NCBI GenBank assembly: GCA_026770705.1
Contig: JANJGN010000015.1
Location: forward strand, 118,296,001-118,360,000
Origin: Isurus oxyrinchus
Lineage: Eukaryota
Reading direction: 5' to 3'
DNA length: 64,000 bases
Shown here: positions 1 to 12,284 of the stretch, piece after piece
How the letters are laid out: every line of letters begins with the position of its first letter
How positions within the stretch are numbered: the stretch's first letter is position 1
The notes under the pieces: model-generated
Told to the model about the DNA's origin: nothing
Databases searched by the model: none
What the model saw: the letters and a program-made list of their open reading frames with translations, nothing else
Program-made: the position numbers and the translations under genes

Positions 1-316
1 AAATTTAAGTTCACTGCTTTTATCATTAAAGAGTTCTAAACCATGGGAACATTTAAAGAATCGACAAATTATGAATTATTTGTAAAATTATAGTTTTGAA
101 TAAGGAGCAAATTACTTATTTTAATTTTAAGCTGAAGTTATGATATTTTAAATCGAGACATACGCGAACAAATTGCTGAACCTGTACATTTAATTTTACT
201 TATGGTGTTCATTTTACCCCTCATAATCGCTCAAGTATATTTCTGATGAGCAGTTTGGTGTTGGGAGTTGGATGCATTCTTTTGTACCCGTGCCTCTGAT
301 CGGGGTCATTGGGGGA

Positions 317-368
317 TTAATTGAGATGAATCGATGCCACGCGTCTGACACGAGCCAGTGAACAGCTG
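317..368 (+). promoter_or_regulatory. bHLH module 1: TAAT site, CACGCG-N5-CACGAG, CAGCTG
   Basis: Motifs at 338, 349 and 363. Confidence 0.5.
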
Positions 369-2239
369 GAGCAGGCAGAGGGTCCAGGAATGAGCGAAAG
401 CAGTCAGCGCAGGGAGCAGCCCCTCTCTACAAGTTCATACCCCTCCCATCCTCTTCTGAAAAGTTCCTTATTCCCATTTCGTTTAGAGAGGTTGTTGTGT
501 CCCAAACAATTTTGGCGTCAGGGTCCCATATGCTCACCTCTCTGGTTGACATGGTGTTTGGGGAACAATTAGACTGACCCGCACGTGATGTACAGATTCG
601 GAAGGAGTTCGGAGCTGGTGTCGCCAGTAGTCAGTCATCAGCAACTGCGTCGAGGTAAGGGCTTCCTCCAAATAAACATAGATTCTTTCCCTTTAACAAT
701 AGGTTTATAGCTTTAAACAGTTTTGTTACGCCATCATTACGATTATTTTGTGATATTTTAATTTTAGTGACTGTAAAATATATTTTAAAGCCATATTAAA
801 GCGCCTTTATATAAATGGACGCCAAAATGCAGGTGTGCACTGTGCTACACTTAAGATTGATTTTTCTAACTGCCCACTCTCTATGAGCATTGATATAGCC
901 CCATTTAATACTGTTTGAGGTCAAATTTACGTCTTAAACTTACATTAGTACACCTTTAGTTTTCTAGCGCGGTATACTGTGTGAACATTATAATTTGTGT
1001 CAATTCTATGCGGTAGAGCAACTGGGCATTCTTTAATGCTGCATCATTATTATTTGGAGTATGTATTATATGTTCTCACAGAAGGCGATGCGTATATTCA
1101 GTTAAACTATTACATACCGGAGGTTGCCAGCATAGAGTATTGAGTAAATTACATGGCCAAAATCAGACACTGTAGTGCACTGTACTAAGAGTGAATTGGC
1201 ATCAGAATATATTGTCATTGTATGTCATCTAATCAGCCCATGTGACTTAATTCAAACACTTGTTAGACTTAAGAAGTGCTCTATGTTGTGTGAAGAAATT
1301 ATGAACTTATTATCGTTTGATGTATTTGCACTGTTATCCATGCCCAGAACACTCCGGAAATAGCATGATATATGTTTCTTTATTCTTATTCCGTTTCCAA
1401 TTATTCGCATTGATTAGATTTTAAATCAGTTATGCGGCTTTGATTCAGTGGGTGATGTCCAGCGGACTGATATAGATGGGAGTTCTTCAGGTAAGAAACA
1501 ATTACAATAGTTGGGTTGAAGGACATATAAAACAGCTTCTTCCTGTGAAAGGATAACAGTCAGAGGATGTTCTCGGTGTGTGATCAAGAAGAGATGTACC
1601 GTGTAAATGTTTTTTTTTATATAAAATAATCAATGCCAATCAAAATAATAGTTTATAGCACCTTGAATCTTCTCAATAAATCACATTTACAAATTAATTA
1701 AAGTATCTTAGGAATAAATGGCGTTTCAAATCAATTCTTGCATTATCTCCCTCGGTAGATTAGATTTGAAATCCCACGTCAGATGTTTTTGAATAATGGG
1801 ATCATTGAGAATGGTTTTCTAGTCCGCTTCCCCATTACACAATTCATTGTACTCTCTGTCCTAGCTCCTGACGGTAAGAAAATCATTAACTCATGCTTGC
1901 TGGTTGACGCGTGCCGCCTTTTTTTTCCCAAATTTTGCTGAGCAGCAGCAGGCCTGGGGAAAGATTGCAGTCAGCGAATGATCTGTTTCCCTACCCGCCT
2001 CTCTCTGTCACTCGATCCTTGCCTATTCATCTCCGCCCTCAGTTGAAGTCCACTTCTTTGTAGGAGTTTATTAAGCTTAACACCAACGGTACAATGGCAT
2101 TAACTGTAAGGTAACACTTGCTGCAGTTTAAAAGCGCCGGAACTCGTGCCAATGCGTGAACGCAGTGGGCCATGTGTGTGAGATGGAAAGTCGAAAGCGA
2201 ACTTCTTTGTAGCTGCGGTTCCAACTTTACGATAATGCA

Positions 2240-2535
2240 AGAATAGGAAGAGAGAGAGAGAGAGAGAAAGAAAACCGGAGAAGTGAAAAAAATAAACACA
2301 ACAGAAAAGGGATGGAGTGAAAGTGTGAAAAAAACTGAATCATAGAAAGAGAGTGAGAAAGAAACTAAACCCAGGAACAGAAGAAGTAAACTGAGAGAGA
2401 GTGGGCAGGACAGAGAGAGAGAGAGAGACAGCAAGGAAAATAACACGGAGAACTTCAGAAAATGAAAAATCCTTCGAGAGAGAGAGAGAGACCGACAGAC
2501 TGCGGGACATCCGGAATAAGGAGACAATCAGAAAA
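2240..2535 (+). repeat. Purine-rich (GA)n low-complexity tract
   Basis: Several (GA)n runs in a strongly A/G-skewed stretch. Confidence 0.85.
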
Positions 2536-2599
2536 ACCTGAACAATCACTGGAATAATTTGTTGGGAAGGGAGACTAAAAACTTGGTCAAGGTCATGGT

Positions 2600-2995
2600 T
2601 TTTTTTTGTCCATTTAGGGGATGTGGGCATCGCTGGCAAGACCAGTATTTGTTGCCCATCCCTAACTGCCCTTGAACTGAATGTCTTGCTAGGCCATTTC
2701 GGAAGGCAGTTAAGAGTCAACCACATCAACCACCATTGGCTGTGGTTCAGGAGTCACATGTAGGCCAGACCAGGTAAGGGCAGCAGATTTCCTTCCCTAA
2801 AGGACATTAGTGAACCAGATGAGTTTTTGCAACAATCGATGGTGGTTTTCATGTCACCATTACTGAGACTAGCTTTATATTCCAGGTTTATTAATTGAAT
2901 TCAAATTTCACCAGCTGTGGTGGGATCTTACTCTGTCCCCCAAGCGTTTGCCTGAGCCTTGGAGCTAGCCCAGTGACGTTAACACTACACCATTG
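2600..2995 (-). mobile_element. Same SINE family
   Basis: Reverse-complement similarity to 12527-12890. Confidence 0.8.
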
Positions 2996-3324
2996 CCCCC
3001 CACCCCCACCCCCACCTCCCCACTTAAAGAATAGTGGGGGGTGGAGAGGTTGAGGAGGGAGTTGCAGGGAATAGGCCTGGGCTGCTGAACTCACAATTCC
3101 CATGGTGGGACAAGGCTGGGATTCAAAAGAGGCCAGATTTAGAGGAGTGGGAAGTGGGGGAGGGTGCTGGTGAGAGTCTAGGGCCGGAGAATATTAAAAA
3201 TACAGATGGATGAGGCCATGATGAAAGGATGTAAACATGAAAATGAAAATTTTAAATTTGAGGTACCAAGGGTATCGGAAACCAATGTCAGTCAGTGAGG
3301 TAAAATCAGGAAATACTGGGAATA

Positions 3325-3935
3325 TTGATGACTGCACAATATTCAGAACCATTCACAACTTCTCAGATACGAAGTAGTCTGTACCTGCATGCAACAAGAC
3401 CTGGTTATTAACTCACCTCCTGACTCCCCAAAGCCTGTCTACCATCTATAAGGCACTAGTCAGGAGTGTGATAGAATACCCTCCACTTGCCTGGATGAGT
3501 GCAGCTCCCAAAACAAGCTCAATGCTATCCAGGGCAAAGCAGCCCACTTGACTGGGACCCCATACACCAACCTCAACATTCACTCCCTCCACCACCAATG
3601 CACAGTGGCAGCAGTGCACACCACCTATAGGATGCACTCCATCAACTTACCAAGGCTCCTTCAACAGCGCCTTCCAAACCCATGACCTCGACTCCCCAGG
3701 AGGACATGGGGGCAGATGCACCACCACCTGCAAGTTGCCCCTCCAAGTCACATACACCATCCTGACTTGGAAGTATATCACCATTCCTTCACTGTCACTG
3801 GGTCAAAATCCTGGAACCCCTTTTCTAACAGCACTGTGGATGTACCTACGCCACCTGGACTGCAGTGGTTAAAAAAGTTGGCCCACTACCATCTTCTTAA
3901 AGACAGTTAGTCAGTGAATCTCACATTCCCATGAA
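3325..3935 (+). mobile_element. Same LINE family, 3' fragment
   Basis: Nucleotide similarity to 28890-29400. Confidence 0.8.
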
Positions 3936-3959
3936 CAAATGGCAAAATAAAACCTCAAG

Positions 3960-4180
3960 AGGCCTGGCAGAACCTGTGGAGAGGGAAACAGGGTTAAGCT
4001 TTCAGGCGATGACCTTCCATCAGAACTGACATTCTGAATTCTGACAAAGGGTCATCGACTGGAAACGTTTATTCTGCTTCTCCTCCCACATGTCCCGTCA
4101 GACTTGTTGAGTATTGTAACATTTGCAGGTTATATTTCACTATTTAATTCAGGTTTCTAGCATCCGCAGTATTTTATTTT
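3960..4180. mobile_element. Two older Penelope-tail fragments in opposite orientations
   Basis: Minus copy CTGATGGAAGGTCATCGCCTGAAAG and plus copy CTGACAAAGGGTCATCGACTGGAAACG, each followed by the family tail. Confidence 0.55.
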
Positions 4181-4632
4181 AATGTTAGGCCAGCAAGGAC
4201 TGGGACCTTGGATTTAGGGTAACACGGGGCAGCAGAGATTGAGATGAGCTGAAGCTGGGGCGTGGGATGTTTGCCAGAGTGGCAGAGTTAAGTGCGGAGA
4301 TGACATAGGCACGGAAGATCAGTGGTAAATAGACTCAGGCGGACAATGTTGCAGAGGTGGAAAAAGGCCACCTTAGCGGTGAAATGGATATGGGGCCAGA
4401 AGATCTGACTGGGAACAGATGAAATGCTGAGGTGTGAACAGTGTGGCCATGGAGCGTGATAATATATCACAGAGTCATAGACTCAGATTTAAAACTGTTA
4501 AAGTCACACTAGCAGATAGACGTGTTATACAGTGTCGTACACACATAACGGTGCCATACAGTTGCGCATTCCCATGTTGTGTCACACAGCCAGTGTTATA
4601 CAGTATCACAGAATTAAGTATGAAACAGTGTG

Positions 4633-4770
4633 AAATAAAAACAAAGAAAACTGCGGATGCTGGAAATCCAAAACAAAAACAGAATTACCTGGAAAAACTC
4701 AGCAGGTCTGGCAGCATCGGCGGAGAAGAAAAGAGTTGACGTTTCGAGTCCTCATGACCCTTCGACAGAA
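4633..4770 (-). mobile_element. Young Penelope-tail-derived short element with hammerhead-like motif and GAAACAGTGTG direct repeats
   Basis: Near-identical to 50287-50420 and (reverse complement) 55795-55927. Direct repeat at 4622-4632 and 4768-4778. Confidence 0.75.
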
Positions 4771-6611
4771 ACAGTGTGGCCTGCTCAGATACAGAAGTGA
4801 TAAAAGTCACACAATGGGGTCTAACGATGCCCTACAGTGTCGCACATCGGATACAGCAGAGTCACACGATCAGTTGCACAGAAGTCATATTGCAGCAGCG
4901 GTAGCAGGAAATGAAGCAAGCATTTGTGAGCATGTTGCTGGAAGTGAAAAGGGGTTTCTTTTTAGCTGAAAGTTAATTCTGAAGACCCAATGCTTCAGAA
5001 AGGATTAAATGGCGCTGGAAGGAAAACCAAGGAAACTTTGACTTCTTAAAACAAAAAAAAAAACAGCCATTTGACTAATTGAAAGTCCTGACATGAAGCA
5101 GGATCTCCTCCAGTGTACAACAGTGACACAAATATTTACAAAGCACCAGGTGCTTGCCCGCTGACCCGATAGGTTTAAATGAGAACACTCCAGGTGATGA
5201 TCATGTGGAGAAGGAAAGGGAAGGGAGTGGAGTATCCATCACTTTGTACGAATTCTATTTATGTCCAATTGGTCTTACATTCCCAGGGTTATATTTGTGC
5301 ATTAAAATTAGTTTTTAGTTCAGTCCCCTCCACACCACCACCCCCACCCCCCCCCCCCCCCCCCCACCCCCACCAAAGTACCCAGTGCCCTGGAGGAAAC
5401 CGTTTGGTGAGTTGAAACACAGACGAGCAGAAATTATTTGACTGGCTTGAAAGGCGCAGGTTTGAAATGTTAAAATGAATTTTTGCCTATGGCGATTGGA
5501 GTCTATTCGGTCTCTTGTGGGATACATTCGGGGCAACAGGAGCCACCCGTTTAACATGGGGAAGAAAACCTAATCAGAGCCAGAGTCTAGTCACTCTGCC
5601 AGGCCAAAGGGAGGTCCGAATAAACCGGGGGCTTTGAATCCATAACAAAGGGGGTTAACTATTACCAGCATTCGCGGTTTACCTGACAACCGAAGATACC
5701 GGAGAATAGCATCGCCCTATTCATAGCTTGTTTCAAATTGGCAAAGACAAGCGAGAAGATTTCGATGACAAGAGGTAAAAGGGGTTATATCACAAACTTT
5801 AGATGTCGGTTTTGTGAGATTAGATTGAGATTCGAAAAGCAAACGCCTCCAGCTTTTAAAAACAGGGAATCTACCGGGGGTCGGGTAGATAGCGCAAGTT
5901 TAAAAAAGGGATGATCTTTCAAATCTTCTCCCCCAAAATAAAGAAGCTACAATGTGCCCCAAACCTCTTGAAAATTGGTTTTCTGATTATGATGCGTGGC
6001 TAAGTCGACGTGGATTGTAATGGGCAGTGCATTTATATCCCAAACAGTTTGGAAGTAGAGGGTCATTTTTTCGATTACTTTTGGTTGAATCCAACTGACA
6101 TCAAATCTGTCCCAGGATGGAAGGACGGCTTCCCAAGCTAAAATCCACGCTATCAGAGCAAAACATCTGCCCCTACAGCCTGCACACAACAGCTTTCTGA
6201 CTTTACATATAGACCTGGATGTCAAAGCATCACCAAATTATACCAAACTTGTACTGAGGGACATAATGCGAAGCTTCTTATAATTAATCGTGCCTTTCCT
6301 AATAGGGACAATTAAAATCAATTAGTTCAAGCATTAAGCCAAAATTTCAAAGCATTATGTGTCCATCTGACTTACTGGGTGATTTAATATCAGCATATTA
6401 AATATTTAGGATGGTCGATTCATAGGATGCTTAATTCAAAACAATTTAATAAAACAAAAATCCCATTTAAAGTATTGCCACTGAATGATCCGATTTTGAA
6501 GTTATATAATGGAATTGAAGTTATCCCCAGATTGTGGTTTATTGAAAACCTTAAGAGTTGACGACATTCTTGTACATTCTCCCTCTCTCTCTCTCTCGGT
6601 CTCTCTGGGAC

Positions 6612-6689
6612 TTATTGAAATGAAAAGCACGCGTCAGGCACGTGTCAGCCTCCGCCTTACCAGATGGGAGCCCCGCAAGTCATCAGATG
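6612..6689 (+). promoter_or_regulatory. bHLH module 2: CACGCG-N5-CACGTG and two CAGATG
   Basis: Motifs at 6628, 6639, 6661 and 6684. Confidence 0.5.
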
Positions 6690-7527
6690 TCGGGAGCAAC
6701 GGCCCAGCCGCTGGAAAGCAGGTTGAGCCCTTCTTTTAACCATATTGATTTTTAATTCGTTTCATGTCACTCGATCAGCGCGAAGCTACTAAGTGCCAGG
6801 TCTGTCTGAAAGATTTCGAGCAAGATGGTGTGGCCACTCCAAGTGCATATCTGTCTTCCACATTTGCAGTATCTACAGTTCTTTGTACTTGGGCATATTC
6901 TGCAGTCCTTGTTTCCAGCCCATTCGTTCATTTTTCATTTTTAAAAAATATGATCTAAAGTCTGGAGCTTCTTAAACCATTTGGCCTCTCTGGCCGCTTT
7001 GTCTTAAAACCTACATCTTTGGTCACCAGTCCTAAAATTTCCTTCTGTGGCTCGGTGCCAATTTTTGTTTGACATCGCTCGGGTGAAGCACCTTGGGACG
7101 TGTTACTACGTTAAAGGCGCTATATAAATGTAAGTTGTTGATGGTGGATTTAATTTTTGTGCGTACCGAAAACGAGATTTTTGATGCCTTGTCACATCCT
7201 CCCAGCTCCCTTGAAATAAAAACTGGGCTCCCTCTGTGGACTTAAAGCGGGCGGCCAGCTTCAGCAAACCTGCCCTGGACCAAACCTGTCCGTTTATCGA
7301 GCGTCGGCCCCAACTCCAGCATGATGTGAGTTTAGGAGAAACTCTGTACATGCTGGAAATGTGAGCTAGAATCTGAGTTCTGGTCGAGACCCACAACCTC
7401 CAACCCCAACCCGTCTCTTCTCTTTCCAGGCGCCAGTGGACAAACTGTGGTGTTTTCTGGTCTTGTCTCGGCACCAAAAAGCTGACAGGCTTTGGAAAGC
7501 AGACGAGTTCCCAAGGAAAAGGGGAAG

Positions 7528-7850
7528 CTTTTTTTTCACCCTTGTCATAGGATGTGGGCGTCACTGGCAAGGCCAGCATTTTCTGCCCATCCCTAATTGC
7601 CCCTTGAACTGAGTGGCTCGCTCAGCCATTTCCAAGGGCAGATAGGAGTCAACAACATTTCTGTGGATCTGGACTCACGTGTAGGCCAGATCAGTTGAGG
7701 ACGGCAGATTTCCTTCCCTCAAGGGCATTAATGAACCAGCTGGGTTTTTATAACAATCAATGATAGTTTCATGGTCAACATTACTGAGACTAAGCTTCAC
7801 ATTCCAACCGCCAGGCTGGGATTTGAACAGTGATATTACCGCTACGCCAC
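7528..7850 (-). mobile_element. Same SINE family
   Basis: Similar to 2600-2995. Confidence 0.8.
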
Positions 7851-9644
7851 TGATGCACAGGGTTATCTTTCCCCCAATTCTACTATTATCCACTAAAGGC
7901 CCGATGCTATTCTTATGATACTTCTTGAAAACTTTCCCATTCATACACATGGTGTCTGAAACTGAACACATCCAGGCAATATACTTGCACGGATATTCTG
8001 AGCTATAGCCCCAAGGGTGTTATTGCAGGAGTCCAACGCTCAGTCTCTCAAGACCTTGGTTACCTTGAGAGCATTGTTGTCCTCCAGACTTCCCTTTCTT
8101 GTCTAAATGGCAGCATCAATGTGTGTTGTCTGTCTGTGTGTGGCTGTCTGTATGGTGTGTGTGTTTTGTTGGGTGGCGGGCGGTCGACGCTTGTGTTCGA
8201 GTAATTATAATTACTTTAGCCCCTCATTCAGCGAGGCTAACGGCGCAAGCTCCAGGAATTTTTGGCGCGGAGTCAATAATGGCCTAAATTGCATATGCTA
8301 TCATTCTCGGAGGCTTCCGCAACTGAGGGGATAGTTGCAACTGCAAAGGCGGGAGCGTTCAAGACATTCTGGGCCAGATGGTAACTTTCCTTACGTTAGG
8401 AAAGTGTGGTGTTTTAGCTTTTGCGAGGGAATGTGGGTGATAACTTGGGATGGAGGCTCTTCTTCCACAGGGTCCTCCATATTTTCAAACTTATGGTTAC
8501 ATTTTAACTTCTTCTGAGGGATGATCTGAGGCATCATTAACCACTGTTAACAGAGACATTCGTTTATTAATTTGCCACTTTGCGCTATTCCTTTCTCTGG
8601 AGTCTGATTGGTTAATGTCGGCCCAATATTACCCCCTTCCCTAATTTTAAGTCACACAATCGTTTCCCTTCGATAACATTTCAGCCCGCCTGCCTGACTG
8701 ACTTTACACTAATACTTAGCAGAAGAAACTCCCTTCTCCAACACGTGAGGAGTTTCTGATAAAGATTAAATTTAAGGTCACCTTATCATAGGAACACGTT
8801 TCTCTCAGCACCTTGGTCCTTGACTGGGTTCTGTGAAAATGCTACAAAAGTAACGAATGCAGGAGAGCGATTCAGGTAGAGACTATTCAGTCAGTGCCCC
8901 AATGTCCTTTCTCCAGCTCAAGGTTCAAAGAAAAATATTGCAAATGTTGGAAACCGCAAAATACAGGAAATGCGCAGGAAGCCAGTCAGCACCTGAAAGG
9001 GAAAGAGACAGGTTAACAGTTCAGGTCCAATGGATTCTGACAAAACGCAAACCAGCTCAATAAGGGAGGATATATTATCTGAATCCGTGCCCATTGCAAG
9101 TGTCTATTGCAAAATCACAGGCCCACCGGGTGTAATTTTCCTTTCACTGATTTAAAAAGAAACGAGAATCAGCTCACAGCCAAGTTTCCAATACTTCCAT
9201 GCCATGATTGCTATTCACCAGCTTCTCATTATTTGATTTGTGATCTTTAGCAACCTCTCCCAGTTTTCACCCTACAGCAACTTTCACTGAGTCTGCCTTT
9301 CACTTGTGTGGGATCTGAACGTCTCATACCTTAGTTACAAACTATTTATGCACTTCATGTTTTCCCTTCCTCACCGTTCTCCTGTCTTCATGATTAATGT
9401 GCTAGTATTTTACTTGTCACACATATTATCCCTTCGTGCTATTATTGCATGCTCATCAAAATGCATCTCAATGGCTCAGCTATTAAATACACTGTTAAAT
9501 GTAGTGTTCAATGTAGTTCTACAGTCCTGAAAAAACTTATGTTTCTTATTTCCTTCCCCAGTTTGCAGATCTGAACCCGGACAGCAGTAAGAATGAAATC
9601 ATTGGCTTCAATGGAGTGGCCATGGAATAAATTAAGATATGAAA

Positions 9645-10082
9645 ATCCAGTGGCTCACTGGTTTTATTTTTCACTGTGCCAGCTTTCCAGTGACCCTCAT
9701 ATTTGCTATGTCTCGCTGGTTTTCACTGTGTCTGCTATCCAGTGGCTCATTAGTTTTTCCTGTGTCTGCTATCCAGTGGCTCTCTGGTTTTTGGTGCCCC
9801 TTCTATACAGTGGCTCACTGGTTTTCAATGCCCCTGCTATCCAGTGGCTCAGTGGTTTTTGATGCCCCTTCTACCCAGTGGCTCACTGGTTTTTGATGCC
9901 CCTGCTATCCAGTGGCTCATTAGTTTTTCCTGTGTTTGCTATCCAGTGGCTCTCTGGTTTTTCCATGTCCCTGCTAACCAGTGGCTCACTGATTTTTGCT
10001 GCACCTGCTATCCAGTGGCTCACTGGTTTTTGCTGCACCTGCTATCCAGTGGCTCACTGGTTTTTGATGCCCCCGCTATCCA
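9645..10082 (+). repeat. 34-bp minisatellite (CTGCTATCCAGTGGCTCACTGGTTTTTGATGCCC), about 12 copies
   Basis: Units start at about 9732, 9766, 9800, 9834, 9868, 9902, 9936, 9971, 10005, 10039, 10073. Confidence 0.93.
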
Positions 10083-10279
10083 TGTGTGAAGACACCAGGT
10101 GAGGAAAGCTTGAACATCAATGCCTCCATGGTTGAATATCCTCTTGACAGTTAGGAGGTTGCTGAAAACAAATGACTCATTGTAAACACACCCCAGAATC
10201 AGTCAGTGCCTTAGTCACTGCAAGAACATGGAGAGGAAAATGGAAAAGTATCACCGCATCATTGAAAGATCTTTGCATC

Positions 10280-10675
10280 AGCTAGAAAGCACCTGCATTT
10301 ATATAACACCTTTCACAAGCTCAGGATGTCCCAGCCAATGAAATTCTTTTGAAGTGCAGTCATTCTTGTAATGCAAGAAACAGCAGCTAATTGCACACTG
10401 CAATGTCCTACAAACAACAATAAAATAATGACAAGCTGATCTGCTTTACTGATTTTGGTTAAGGGATAAATGTTGGTCAGGACACTGGGGAGAAGCCCTG
10501 GACTCTTTCCCTGAACTGTGCTATGGGATCTTTGACATCCCCCTGGGTGAACAGATGGAACCTCAGTTTAATTCACTGTATTGTCAGGCTTGATTTTCTA
10601 CTCAAGCCTCTGCAGTGGAGCTTGAACCCATAATCTCCTAACTGAGAGGCAAGAGTCCTAACAGCTAAGGCTGAA
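10280..10675 (-). mobile_element. Deu-domain SINE (SacSINE1/AmnSINE1-like)
   Basis: Deu-like core AAAGATCCCATAGCAC..CCCAGTGTCCTGACCAACATTTATCCC and L2-like tail GGTGTTATATAAATGCA. Confidence 0.7.
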
Positions 10676-11684
10676 ACCAGTTGTATGTAGTACAGTCATA
10701 AAGGTTGCAAAGGACTGTTTCTCTAATCCACCCCACCCTCCCATGACTAACGCAGTGCATCTTAGAGTTGGCCCCCAACACATACCGGTCCTGGTCCCTA
10801 TAGTCTTTTCCATTTCATTGTGTAATCTGAATATAGGAGCTTCCCTGGGAGATGTCAGGGCAGTTTACTGTTACCTGCCCATTGTAAACAATTCCTTCCC
10901 TATGTGTAAGTGGAAGCCTCCACTCAACATCTCCCTTGAAGATATAGCAGAAATTACTAACTTGGTCTTTGGGAATATGCTGGCTTTCATTTTCTGTTTG
11001 AGTGAAAATGTTTTATATTATTTAAGCACTTGTGTGGTGAACATTTCTTAACTGTTTGAAAAATGTAAAGTATTTTTCCTACAGAATTCTTGTTGAAACT
11101 GTTGCCAGGCACTATCATTTGCAAACAACTTTGTTTACTTGGTGCCCCACTCAACTTTATTTTTTGCTGAGAAAATTTTGCCCCCAACTTTGCCATTTCT
11201 CCCTTCTGTGACCTCCATGCGATCATTGGTGCACCCATTGCTACCAAACTCTGCAGTACAAGAGCCCAACAGGAAATATCCATTGCGAGGAGACATGATG
11301 GATTATGAAGTATTTATTAGATAATAGCCCAGTTTGGTAATAAAAAGCCTTCAGGAAATGGAAGGGGAGACACAGCAAAATAATACGGAATAAGTGGGGC
11401 AAATACTGGCTGGCCCTGTGAAATTGGCCCAGAAAGGAGATTTTAAACTATTGAAATTAAAATAAATTCTAACCCTTAAATGGAAACATAAATGTCATTT
11501 TATCAACAAATTTGATAATTCTAAAGTTCAAAACAAGCAGAACTAACCCAGCTGACATTTAAGTTGCCATGTTACGATTCTTATTAAATGTTATCTTCTT
11601 CCTCTTGGATTGAGTTAAGTGTAAATGTGCAGATGCACACTCTCTCCTCTCTCTCTCTGTGGGCTCATGGTCTCTCTATTGGAA

Positions 11685-11745
11685 TAATTAAGTTCAATTG
11701 AAGCCACGTGCCCTGCACAAGCCAGGAGCAGCTGCACCAGATGGG
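11685..11745 (+). promoter_or_regulatory. bHLH module 3: TAATTA, CACGTG-N5-CACAAG, CAGCTG, CAGATG
   Basis: Motifs at 11705, 11716, 11729 and 11738. Confidence 0.5.
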
Positions 11746-12284
11746 GGTCCCAGGGAGCATCCAAACAGCCTCGACAGGCTGACTGAAAATTACCATTGAC
11801 AGTTCCCCTTGTTAATCGGAACTAATTTCTGTCTCCTGGCACGTGCCATTTCTTCTCATTGTCTGACAACAGATGGTTCCTGCCCCTGAAATTCAATACA
11901 ATAATCAGATCCGAGTCAATGTTACATTTCGTCTGAATCTCTTTGTTCATTCACTTATTTTCTTGCAACAAATAGAATGTTATTCTACATTGCTCCTCTT
12001 TTATTACTCTTAATGGGCTTAAAGCCATGACCTTCTGACTCTGCTTGGAGACTGCTACCCACTAAGCCACAGAAATCTTTTCCATTTGGCAGATGCTTTT
12101 TTTTTAAATGAAGAACATATTCTGTTAAGATTCCCCCTTCCATGATTCCCACTGACATTTGTTTCATCAGAAAATCACATGTCATTTGACTATTGCACTG
12201 CTGGAGGTATTTCGTGAATTGTGACCTCTAGTGGCAGAAAATGAGATTGCGGCATATCCTTGACTAGTTTCTATCTTGGGCTAG

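Noticed and set aside
2039-2527. 162-aa hydrophobic minus-strand ORF
   Set aside because: Translation of the (CT)n/(GA)n low-complexity tract.
9645-10082. CRISPR-like array of palindromic ~34-bp repeats
   Set aside because: No unique spacers, no cas genes, vertebrate context; a plain minisatellite.
1-12000. HES2 coding exons expected from synteny
   Set aside because: No KPLMEKRRR, KLEKADILE or WRPW coding sequence found in the ORF track or by eye.
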